Assembly (NCBI GenBank): GCA_963828325.1 | Contig: CAWHEK010000026.1 | Coordinates: 134,559-198,558 of the forward strand | Source: an uncultured Acidobacteriaceae bacterium | GTDB taxonomy: Bacteria; Acidobacteriota; Terriglobia; Terriglobales; Acidobacteriaceae | Direction of reading: 5' to 3' | Length of the DNA: 64,000 nucleotides | Shown: positions 20,144-28,720 of the stretch, piece by piece | How the letters are laid out: each line of letters starts with the position of its first letter | Position numbering within the stretch: the first letter of the stretch is position 1 | The notes under the pieces: generated by a model | What the model saw: the letters and a program-made list of their open reading frames with translations, nothing else | What the model was told of the DNA's origin: nothing | The model's database searches: none | Position numbers and translations under genes: made by a program

Positions 20144-20857
20144 TTACGCTGTCAGTCGCTCCAGCTGATCGGGCTTCACGATGGTCAGGCTGGTGCCTTT
20201 GATGGTGATCCACTGGTCGCGCCGGAACTGGTTCAGCAACCGGGTCACAGTCTCGCGCGAGGTGCCTGCCATGTTGGCGATTTCCTCGTGCGTCAGCGCC
20301 ATGGTGAACCGAATCTCCGGTTTGCCGTTTGCCGAATCGCGTCCCCAATCCAGCAGCAGGCGGGCCAGGCGTCCCGCAGCCGAACCTGAAAGCGCCAGAC
20401 GCTTGGCATCGTGAAACACGGTCAGGTATTCGCTGCTGAGCGACTGCGCCGCGTGCATCGACGCGATCCCATGCCGGCCCAGAAACTCAACAAACTCCTG
20501 CTTGCGCACCGTTTTTACCTGGCAGGGCTCGATGGCCTCGGCCGTTACTTCGTGCGGCACATTGGCCAGCACGGCGCTCAACCCCATCACATCGCCCGGC
20601 CCGGCGATCTTGAGAATCATGGTCTTGCCGTCGCGCGAGGTGGAAGAAATTTTGACTTGTCCGAAGCAGATGACGAAGACATTACGCGCTGCATCGCCTT
20701 CTGAGAAGAGCTTGGCCCCGCGTGCGTGACTCATCATGATGCCGATCTGGTCGTAATCCGCCAGCGCATCCGGGGTGAGATTGCAGAACATTCTAAGATG
20801 GCGATGCTCGCAATTAAGGCAATCTTCCGGAGCGTGATGAGAGTGGAGCGTGGCCAT
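20144..20857 (-). CDS. Crp/Fnr family transcriptional regulator with N-terminal Cys cluster
   Basis: cNMP-binding-like beta-roll plus a C-terminal HTH with a CRP-type recognition helix TSRETVTRLL. N-terminus is HHAPEDCLNCEHRHLRMFC (C-x2-C-x8-C). Confidence 0.85.
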   Translation of the reverse strand: MATLHSHHAPEDCLNCEHRHLRMFCNLTPDALADYDQIGIMMSHARGAKLFSEGDAARNVFVICFGQVKISSTSRDGKTMILKIAGPGDVMGLSAVLANVPHEVTAEAIEPCQVKTVRKQEFVEFLGRHGIASMHAAQSLSSEYLTVFHDAKRLALSGSAAGRLARLLLDWGRDSANGKPEIRFTMALTHEEIANMAGTSRETVTRLLNQFRRDQWITIKGTSLTIVKPDQLERLTA

Positions 20858-21007
20858 ACCTATACCGTTGTTCGCTGGGCGTTAGCAGAAGTATAGCGCA
20901 GATCACGATCCGGAACCGGGGCGAACGTAACCACCCCATGTCGCGTTTCCATCTCGCGATGCGCTTCGCTTCATGACGGGAGGCTACCACGGGCACGCAC
21001 CATGAAT

Positions 21008-21023
21008 TGTGATTTAGATCACT
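21008..21023. promoter_or_regulatory. CRP-type palindrome TGTGATTTAGATCACT (TGTGA-N6-TCACA-like)
   Basis: 9/10 match to TGTGA-N6-TCACA, about 150 nt upstream of the Crp/Fnr gene start. The 14-nt core GTGATTTAGATCAC is identical to the site at 39287-39300. Confidence 0.5.
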
Positions 21024-21059
21024 CGGATTTGAGGCGGCATTCCTCTCGCCGCGTGGAGA

Positions 21060-21566
21060 TTATGCTGTCGCCGCATGACTGCTTTGGCGGCGGGCGGGGA
21101 CCACGCGGGTCAGACAGCAGGTGATGTAAGCCCTCGATACTTCACGCGCCAACTCTTCCAAGAGCCTCATCCGCAGCGGTGGATAGCTTTCAAAGGCTCG
21201 ATGCAGGGCTTCAATGGGCACCAGCAGCATCGATCCAGATCCAACTGCGCTGAGGGTATACGTATGATGCCGATCTCCCAGCACGGCTGCCAGCTCGACA
21301 AGGTCCCCTGGCCGGGCCGGCCCCAGCATGACGCGCATCTGAAAGCGCTCCGCCTTGCGCACGAAATCGCCCGAAACTACGACGTAAAGGCCCTTACAAG
21401 GGTCATTTTGGCGAAAAACCGCTTGGCCGGCCTCGTATTCGATGCACCGTGTCTCGCCACTCAGCAGATTTCCGGCATCCTCGGGGCACTCCAACAGCTC
21501 TGCGAGCGGTCGAGCCGCCGCGGCGGCCAGGCGCTCGAATCGCGCATCGGACTGATTGCTAGCCAT
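21060..21566 (-). CDS. stand-alone cyclic-nucleotide-binding domain protein
   Basis: 168 aa with a cNMP-binding beta-roll (GQAVFRQNDPCKGLYVVVSGDFV...GDLVELAAVLG). No DNA-binding domain. Confidence 0.7.
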   Translation of the reverse strand: MASNQSDARFERLAAAAARPLAELLECPEDAGNLLSGETRCIEYEAGQAVFRQNDPCKGLYVVVSGDFVRKAERFQMRVMLGPARPGDLVELAAVLGDRHHTYTLSAVGSGSMLLVPIEALHRAFESYPPLRMRLLEELAREVSRAYITCCLTRVVPARRQSSHAATA

Positions 21567-21768
21567 TTCCTTGCCTTATTCCTGTTTTTCCAAGGCTCCT
21601 GAATTGCATGTCAGCCTGGTCAAGATTCACCGTCTTTGTTTCAGGCAGACCATCTCCTGCGCCGCGTCGCGCTGGGCCCCAACCTTCCGTGTTTCTGTTC
21701 GATTTCAGTTGGACAAAACGGGGCGGTTTCTCCTTTCACCCGCCCATTCTCCCCTGCCAAAGAGCGAC

Positions 21769-22713
21769 CTACGGCGCACCCACCGGAAGCGCCACCAACT
21801 CCTCTACGTCGACTCGCCGTGCTTCAGGCGGGACGCAGAGTACCGGCACGCGTGAAGCGGTGAGCAATGCAAAGGCTGTGCCATGAGGCCCACGCCTACC
21901 GCTCATGCGTTTCACTCCGGCTACAAGAATGCAGGGGTGGCACTCGGCAATCGCTTCCTGAATGGCTTCTCCGGGGTCACCGTCCTTCACGATGCAATGC
22001 ACCGGAGCCTCATTGAGCAGCCAACCGGAGCCCCCACTGCGCGCATGGTGCGGCCGGGGCGGAAGGTTGACACCGAAATCCTTCGGCGTGGCGGCACATG
22101 GGTCCTTCCCGGCCCTGAATTCGGCCTCGGTGCGCACGTGCAGCAGCAAAAGCGGCCGGCTAAAAGTCACCGCCAGAGAATAAGCAGTCGCCGCAGCAGC
22201 AGCGGCCGCGTCGTTCGACTCCACAGCCAGCAAAACGGGTCCACCCGGAGCCGGACGGTTCTTGCCCGCATTCCAGTCCGCGGCTACGGCCAGCACCGGA
22301 CACGGTGCGAGCCTTACCAGTTGTTCCGCGATGGCGCCGACCACAACGGGTCCGGCGCCTTCCTTCCCTTTGGTGCCAATCACAATCAGCCCGGCCTCGT
22401 GCTGCCGCGCCACATCCACCAGCATTTGGGCTACGGCACCTTGCCGCACTTCGGAGTGGCTGTGAATTCCTTCGCGCAGCAGCTCGCCCGCCAGCTTGTC
22501 CAATACCTTGCGCGCCTCAGCAGTCAGATGGCTCTCGACGCTCCCTGGCAGCCCATTCACTGCGGCGTAGTCCATTGGATCGAGCCCATGTGCCAATACA
22601 ATCCGCGCCCCATAATTCAGGGCCAGCTTGCGCGCGTACTCGAGAGCCGCCTCTGCCTGGCCATCGAGGCTTGTCGCCACCACAATCGTCTTCAATCCCT
22701 GATCGAAACTCAT
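21769..22713 (-). CDS. tandem universal stress protein (UspA) domain protein
   Basis: Two Usp domains (IVVATSLDGQAEAALEYA...GLIVIGTKGKEG..., and a second ...ILVAGVKRMSGRRG). Confidence 0.8.
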   Translation of the reverse strand: MSFDQGLKTIVVATSLDGQAEAALEYARKLALNYGARIVLAHGLDPMDYAAVNGLPGSVESHLTAEARKVLDKLAGELLREGIHSHSEVRQGAVAQMLVDVARQHEAGLIVIGTKGKEGAGPVVVGAIAEQLVRLAPCPVLAVAADWNAGKNRPAPGGPVLLAVESNDAAAAAAATAYSLAVTFSRPLLLLHVRTEAEFRAGKDPCAATPKDFGVNLPPRPHHARSGGSGWLLNEAPVHCIVKDGDPGEAIQEAIAECHPCILVAGVKRMSGRRGPHGTAFALLTASRVPVLCVPPEARRVDVEELVALPVGAP

Positions 22714-22807
22714 GATTCACCCCCGGGGTCCACTGCTATCTCGCTCATTGGACTCTGAGTGTGCGCTTCGCCTGCAGGGAGAGGCAGTGACATTATTCAC
22801 CCCCAGC

Positions 22808-22823
22808 TGTGATTCGAGTCACA
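22808..22823. promoter_or_regulatory. perfect CRP-type palindrome TGTGATTCGAGTCACA
   Basis: Exact TGTGA-N6-TCACA, about 95-110 nt upstream of the usp start codon at 22713. Confidence 0.55.
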
Positions 22824-23067
22824 ACGCAAATTCCTGATTTTGTTGGAGAACTGCGGACTCGATCCGAAAACTGTCAGCGCTGCGCTGGCCGAGCTGCGTT
22901 AGCCTGCAGAGCCTCGCTGCGTGCGGTTTTTGGGGCGTCGCCCTGGTTCGTAGACTTGGCGAGGGCCGGGGTAACGCTCGGGTTCGGCGCGCCGGCCGGG
23001 AATCTGCCGTTAACCCGCCGCGATGCGCTGTACATCCCACGGCCCAATGCGCTAACTTGGGCGCGAT

Positions 23068-25203
23068 ATGAAATCTCGTCGGTTGCACCCTCTCCTCCCG
23101 GCTTTCTCACTCGTCCTCACGGTTTTTTTTGCAGCCAACCTCACCGTTTCAGCCCAGGCTCCGGCTCCCGATTCGCCGGCGATCGAAGCCCATGCTCACG
23201 CCATGATCGCCAAGCTCACGCTGGCGGACAAAATTGAGCTCCTGGGAGGCATCGGCAATATGTTCACGCGTCCCATGCCCTCGATCGACCTGCCGCAATT
23301 CAAAATGTCCGATGCTTCTGTCGGCGTGCGCACCTGGGGACCGACGACAGCCTACGCCGGCGGGGCCGCGCTGGCCGCCACATGGGACACCGATTTCGCG
23401 CGCAAGCTGGGCGAAGGCCTGGGCCGCGATGCCCGCGCCCGCGACGTTAACTTCCTGCTGGGCCCCGGAGTCAACATCGCGCGCTCCCCCATCAGCGGGC
23501 GCAACTTCGAGTATCTTTCCGAAGACCCGTTCCTTAATGCATCGCTGGTGGTTCCCTTCATTGAAGGCGTGCAGTCTGAAGGGGTGGCCGCCACCGTCAA
23601 GCATTACGCGCTCAACGATCAGGAGTTCAATCGCCACAACGCCAGCGCCGACGTTGACGAGCGGACCATGCGCGAAATCTATCTGCCCGCTTTTGAAGCC
23701 GCCGTCACCAAGGCCCACGTGGACGCGGTGATGAACTCCTACAACCTGGTCAACGGCGTCCATTCAACGCAGAATGACTTCCTCAACCTGAAAGTGCTCA
23801 AGGGCGAATGGGATTTCCAGGGCGTTCTCATGTCCGATTGGGATGCGACCTACGACGGCGTCGCCGCGGTCAACAACGGTCTTGATCTGGAGATGCCCAG
23901 CCCCAAATTCATGAACGCGAAGAACCTGACTCCAGCAGTCCAGAACGGCCAGGTGAAAGAAGCCACCCTCGACGAACATCTTCTGCGCCTCTTCCGGACA
24001 GAATTGCGCTACGGCTGGACGGATCGGCCGCAGTTCGATCCCGCCGACTCCACCTATTCGGTCGCCGATCGTGCTGTTGCTCTGGAGGGTGCGCTCGAAA
24101 GCATCACACTGCTGAAGAACGAGGGAAATCTTCTGCCGCTTGACCCCGCGAAAATCAAGAGCATCGCCATCATCGGCCCCGACGCGTATCCGGCGGTCAC
24201 CGGTGGCGGCGGATCGTCAGAGGCGCACGCATTCGAGCCGGTCAGCATCCTCACCGGCATCGCCAATCTGCTCGGCCCCAACGTGCATGTGTTCTACAGC
24301 CCCGGAATTCCCGACGGGCCCGGCCAGAAAGAATTGGTGGCGCATGCTGACGTCGTCATCTTGTCTGTCGGCTTCAGCGCGGCCACGGAGCGCGAGGGCG
24401 CCGACCGCACCTTCACGCTGCCTCCGGGCCAGGACGCACTGATCCAATGGGTCGCCGCGGTCAATCCTCGCACCGTCGTCACGCTCACCGGGGGCGGCGG
24501 CATGGATACCAGCCGCTGGCTGGATAAAGTTCCGGTCCTGCTCCACACCTGGTATCCGGGCCAGGAAGGCGGCACGGCCGTCGCGCAAATTCTATTCGGC
24601 CAGCACGATCCCGAGGGAAAATTGCCCGTGAGTTTCGATCGCAGTTGGGACGAGAACCCTTCATCCAAGTGGTACTACGGGGACCCGAAAAACAACACCA
24701 CGCTGCACACCACCGGCGCCGACGGCCAGCCCAAGGACTACACCGTTGAACACATTCAATACGGCGACAAGCTGATGGTCGGTTATCGCTACTGGACGAC
24801 CACCGGCAAGCACCCGCTGTTTCCATTCGGATTCGGTCTGAGTTACACCACGTTCAAATTTGCCAATCTCAGCGTTCCCGCAAAAGCGCCTTCCGGCTCT
24901 CCGGTCGACGTCAGCTTCGATGTGACCAATACCGGCAGCGTCGCCGGCGCTGAAGTGGCTGAGCTCTACGTTTCCGATCCGTCGGCGCAAACCGATCGTC
25001 CGGAGCGCGAGCTGAAAGGCTTCAAGAAAGTTCGTCTCGACGCCGGCCAGACCGAACACGTGACTCTTAGTCTCGATGCGCGCTCCTTCAGCTATTGGGA
25101 TCAGGCCGCGCAAAAATGGATTATCGATCCCGGAAAATTTGTGATTCGGGTCGGCAACTCCAGCGAGAACACCCCGCTCGCCGCCGACATTGATTTGCAC
25201 TAA
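23068..25203 (+). CDS. glycoside hydrolase family 3 beta-glucosidase/xylosidase-like, secreted
   Basis: Signal peptide. GH3 motifs KHYALNDQE and VLMSDWDA (nucleophile Asp). C-terminal fibronectin-III-like domain. Confidence 0.9.
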   Translation: MKSRRLHPLLPAFSLVLTVFFAANLTVSAQAPAPDSPAIEAHAHAMIAKLTLADKIELLGGIGNMFTRPMPSIDLPQFKMSDASVGVRTWGPTTAYAGGAALAATWDTDFARKLGEGLGRDARARDVNFLLGPGVNIARSPISGRNFEYLSEDPFLNASLVVPFIEGVQSEGVAATVKHYALNDQEFNRHNASADVDERTMREIYLPAFEAAVTKAHVDAVMNSYNLVNGVHSTQNDFLNLKVLKGEWDFQGVLMSDWDATYDGVAAVNNGLDLEMPSPKFMNAKNLTPAVQNGQVKEATLDEHLLRLFRTELRYGWTDRPQFDPADSTYSVADRAVALEGALESITLLKNEGNLLPLDPAKIKSIAIIGPDAYPAVTGGGGSSEAHAFEPVSILTGIANLLGPNVHVFYSPGIPDGPGQKELVAHADVVILSVGFSAATEREGADRTFTLPPGQDALIQWVAAVNPRTVVTLTGGGGMDTSRWLDKVPVLLHTWYPGQEGGTAVAQILFGQHDPEGKLPVSFDRSWDENPSSKWYYGDPKNNTTLHTTGADGQPKDYTVEHIQYGDKLMVGYRYWTTTGKHPLFPFGFGLSYTTFKFANLSVPAKAPSGSPVDVSFDVTNTGSVAGAEVAELYVSDPSAQTDRPERELKGFKKVRLDAGQTEHVTLSLDARSFSYWDQAAQKWIIDPGKFVIRVGNSSENTPLAADIDLH

Positions 25204-25244
25204 CCATTTGAAATTTCTTCACCGCTTAGGAGATGAACTGAACC

Positions 25245-26465
25245 ATGCTCAATCGCTGCTTCCCTGTTCTTGCCGCCATTGCTCTTTTCATTGCCATCGC
25301 GCCTTCCGGCGCCCAGTCTGCGCCGCACCCGCAGTGGGTGGGTACCTGGGCCACTGCGCCGATGCTCGCCGAGGGCGGCTTCAATGTTCGCCCCTTCAGC
25401 GCGACAACGCTGCGCGAGATCGTCCATACCTCGGTGGGCGGCGCGCAGATTCGCGTTCGTTTTACCAATGCTCTTGGCACCGATCCGCTGGCCATTTCTG
25501 ACGCGCATGTGGCCTTGAGTGCAGGCGGCGCGGCCATTCAGCCCGCGTCCGACCATGCCATCACTTTTGGCGGAGCAACTTCCGTCAACGTTCCGCCGGG
25601 CGCCGAACTCTTTTCCGATCCTATTGCGCTCGCCGTTGAGCCGCTCTCCGATCTTGTGGTCAGCTTCTACCTGCCTTCGCAGGTGATGCGTGCCGAAACT
25701 TACCACTCGTTCGGAAACCAGGACAACTTCATCGCCACCGGCGACGTTTCCACAGCACCCGATTTGCCCACGGCAACCAAGATGTTTTCCTGGTACTTTC
25801 TTGACGGCGTCGACGTGGAAGCCGTTGAAGGCTCGCGCGCCATTGTCACGCTGGGCGACTCGATTACCGACGGCGCACACTCGACCGGGGGCGCCAACCA
25901 CCGCTGGCCCGATGTTCTGGCGGCGCGGCTCCATGCCGATCCCAAACTGAAAGATGTTTCCGTGCTCAACATGGGCATCGGCGGCAACCGCGTGCTGAAC
26001 GATGTTGCCGGACCGAGCGCGCTGGCGCGCCTGGATCGCGACGTGCTTTCGCAGAGCGGCGTGCGTTACGTGATTGTGCTCGAGAGCATCAACGACATTG
26101 GCCGCCTGGCGCACGTGACCAATCCCTACGACGACATCACCGCGCAGCAGGTGGAGATGGGACTGAAGCAAATTGCCGACGCCGCGCACGAGCACGGCAT
26201 CAAGGCCATTGGAGCAACGCTGACGCCTTACGGCGGCGCGGGCTATTCCTCTGAGAAAGGCGAGCAGGTTCGTGAAGCGGTAAACGATTGGATTCGCTCA
26301 AGCGGAACCTTTGACGGGGTGGTCGACTTCGACAAGGCCACGCAGGATCCGGCGAACCCCAAACAGTTCGCTCCGGCCGATGATTCAGGCGATCATTTGC
26401 ACCCCGGCGATGCGGGATACGCGGTGATGGGAGCAGCCATCGACTTGAGCGTTTTCGCCAAATAG
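25245..26465 (+). CDS. SGNH/GDSL hydrolase, secreted
   Basis: Signal peptide. N-terminal beta-sandwich part. GDSL block IVTLGDSITDG and catalytic D-x-x-H (DSGDHLHP). Confidence 0.8.
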   Translation: MLNRCFPVLAAIALFIAIAPSGAQSAPHPQWVGTWATAPMLAEGGFNVRPFSATTLREIVHTSVGGAQIRVRFTNALGTDPLAISDAHVALSAGGAAIQPASDHAITFGGATSVNVPPGAELFSDPIALAVEPLSDLVVSFYLPSQVMRAETYHSFGNQDNFIATGDVSTAPDLPTATKMFSWYFLDGVDVEAVEGSRAIVTLGDSITDGAHSTGGANHRWPDVLAARLHADPKLKDVSVLNMGIGGNRVLNDVAGPSALARLDRDVLSQSGVRYVIVLESINDIGRLAHVTNPYDDITAQQVEMGLKQIADAAHEHGIKAIGATLTPYGGAGYSSEKGEQVREAVNDWIRSSGTFDGVVDFDKATQDPANPKQFAPADDSGDHLHPGDAGYAVMGAAIDLSVFAK

Positions 26466-26926
26466 GCCGTGAAAAGGGCCCATCAAAAGGGCGGTTTGGG
26501 TGCCATTTTGGGGTGTTTTCTGCACCAAAATCGAGGAAAATCGACGAAATCGATTGAAATTTGTGAACGGTGATTTTAGCTATCTGTTGATTTTAAACAT
26601 TTTATGTCGATTTTCGCCTCTCTAAGTGTGTAAAAATCACTGGTTTGGTCAGCTTTCAGGTTTCCGCGAAGCTGGCGGAGTTAGCGGGGCGAGCGAAACT
26701 AGATGAAACAGCCAGTGGCCAGTGAGCGGACACGCGGGATGGCGACGGCTTTTGATCATGGGACTATTGTGCGCCAGAATGGCGAAATGATCGGCAAACT
26801 TGGGAAGAAAGAGATAAGAGAACAGAGATCAGAGAATGAAGGACTTACGGGGGAGCGGAGAATTTATTTTGGCGGCGGGGGGTTGACAAGGTCGGGGGAT
26901 GCGCCTCGCGGATCGGGCAAGGCCGG

Positions 26927-27637
26927 GTGTCCGGAGCCGCTATGATTTCTTCTATGAAGCGCGTTCTGCTCTCCTGGAGCAGCGGTAAAGACAGTGCGTG
27001 GACGCTGCACGTTCTGCGCCGCGATCCCAGCATCGAAATTTGCGGGCTGCTCACGACGCTCAACGCCGAGTTCGACCGCGTCGCGATGCACGGAGTGCGC
27101 CACGCGGTGCTGGAAGCGCAGGCCGCGGCTGCAGGCCTTCCGCTGTGGACGGTTCCGCTGCCCTGGCCCTGCTCGAATGAGATTTATGAGCAGCGCATGG
27201 CTGAAGTTTGCGCGCGCGCGGTGGCCGAGAAAATCGACGCCGTTGCCTTCGGCGATCTGTTTCTTGAAGATGTGCGCGCGTATCGCGAACGGCAGCTCGC
27301 TCCGACCGGCCTGGAGCCGCTGTTTCCGTTGTGGCAAATCCCGACGGACGAGCTGGCGCGCACCATGATTGCGGGCGGCCTGCGCGCGCGGATTTCGTGC
27401 GTGGACACGGAGAAGCTGCCGGCCAGTTTTGTGGGGCGCGAGTTCGACGAGGAGTTGTTGCGCGATTTTCCGGTGGGTATCGATCCCTGCGCCGAGCGTG
27501 GCGAGTTCCACACCTGCGTTTACGCGGGACCGATGTTCACGGCGCCGCTTGCGCTGACGACCGGGGAGATTGTGACGCGCGACCGATTCGTCTTCGCGGA
27601 TCTTTTGGTTCCGACGGGCGAAGCGGTGAGTGCGTAA
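26927..27637 (+). CDS. PP-loop ATP pyrophosphatase, Dph6-related/MJ0570 (DUF71) family
   Basis: LLSWSSGKDSAW PP-loop variant. GDLFLEDVRAYRE...EFHT. Confidence 0.7.
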   Translation: MSGAAMISSMKRVLLSWSSGKDSAWTLHVLRRDPSIEICGLLTTLNAEFDRVAMHGVRHAVLEAQAAAAGLPLWTVPLPWPCSNEIYEQRMAEVCARAVAEKIDAVAFGDLFLEDVRAYRERQLAPTGLEPLFPLWQIPTDELARTMIAGGLRARISCVDTEKLPASFVGREFDEELLRDFPVGIDPCAERGEFHTCVYAGPMFTAPLALTTGEIVTRDRFVFADLLVPTGEAVSA

Positions 27638-27654
27638 GGGACGCGGTGCGTGCG

Positions 27655-28720
27655 ATGCCTGGTCTTCAAATGCGAGGGGCCGGGGGGACCCACCGTTTGT
27701 GGTGGGTGAGCTTCGCGAGAGGCAACCGCAGATCCTTCGGTCGCCTCAGCGACCTCAGGATGACAGAGTCTGAGGTGGGCGGGGTTCGTGCTATCCCACC
27801 CTAAAACTCCTCGCTGCGCGTGGAGTTTTAGAATGGGGCACCCAATTTCGTGGTGGGTTGAAGACGGGCGGAGTGGGGGTTCGTGCTATCCCGCCCAAGC
27901 GAAGCTTGGACGGGGCACCCAATTTTGTGGTGGGTGAGCTTCGCGAGAGGCAACCGCAGATCCTTCGGTCGCCTCAGCGACCTCAGGATGACAGAGTCTG
28001 AGGTGGGCGGGGTTCGTGCTTTCCCACCCTAAAACTCCTCGCTACGCGTGGAGTTTTAGAATGGGGCACCCAATTTTTGTGGTGGGTTGAAGACGGGCGG
28101 AGTGGGGTTCGTGCTATCCCGCCCTAAAACTCCTCGCTGCGCGTGGAGTTTTAGAATGGGGCACCCAATTTCGTGGTGGGTTGAGAGCGGCGGATTGGGG
28201 TTCGTGCTATCCCGCCCAAGCGAAGCTTGGACGGGGCACCCAATTTTGTGGTGGGTGAGCTTCGCGAGAGGCAACCGCAGATCCTTCGGTCGCCTCAGCG
28301 ACCTCAGGATGACAGAGTCTGAGGTGGGCGGGGCTCGTGCTATCCCAGGTCTGAAAATCCAGACCTGGGGCACCCGCTCATTTGTGGTGGGTTGAGAGCG
28401 GCGGAGTGGGGTTCGTGCTTTCCCACCCAAGCGAAGCTTGGACGGGGCACCCAATTTTGTGGTGGGTTGAAGACGGGCGGAGTGGGGTTCGTGCTATCCC
28501 GCCCAAGCGAAGCTTGGACGGGGCACCCAATTTTGTGGTGGGTTGAGAGCGGCGGAGTGGGGTTCGTGCTTTCCCACCCTAAAACTCCTCGCTGCGCGTG
28601 GAGTTTTAGAATGGGGCACCCAATTTTGCGGTGGGTTGAGAGCGGCGGAGTGGGGGTTCGTGCTATCCCAGGTCTGAAAATCCAGACCTGGGGCACCCGC
28701 TCATTTGTGGTGGGTTGAGG
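27655..28720. repeat. modular tandem array of about 11 GGGGCACCC-box units (75-151 bp each)
   Basis: GGGGCACCCAATTT(T/C)GTGGTGGGT boxes start at 27835, 27912, 28063, 28158, 28233, 28367, 28444, 28520, 28613 and 28690, plus a degenerate box near 27684. Bodies are of two types, a short GAAGACGGGCGGAGTGGGGTTCGTGCTATCCCGCCC type and a long GAGCTTCGCGAGAGGCAACCGCAGATCCTTCGG...CTCAGGATGACAGAG type. One of three hairpin connectors joins each unit to the next. Confidence 0.9.

Noticed and set aside
26703-26945. 80-aa ORF (MKQPVASERTRG...) upstream of the PP-loop ATPase gene
   Set aside because: The composition is Gly/Arg/Glu-rich and low in complexity. There is no RBS and no family resemblance. It partly overlaps the start of the next gene.
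27835-28690. tRNA-like or tRNA-derived units (unit length ~77 nt, GGGGTTCGTGCTATCCC resembling a T-arm)
   Set aside because: There is no acceptor-stem complement to the 5' GGGGCAC. The would-be T-loop is 9 nt rather than 7. No anticodon arm can be drawn. The resemblance is superficial.
28056-28718. ORFs 28056..28454(-), 28087..28395(+), 28340..28696(-) and 28392..28718(+), encoding MGHPILWWV/PPQNWVP-type repeats
   Set aside because: They lie entirely within the tandem repeat array, are open on both strands, and simply mirror the repeat periodicity. They are not credible genes.
27655-28720. Possible CRISPR array, because of regularly spaced conserved boxes
   Set aside because: The sequences between the boxes are not unique spacers; they are drawn from two recurring bodies and three recurring hairpin connectors. 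Unit length varies from 75 to 151 nt. The same modules occur singly elsewhere in the window. No cas genes are present.
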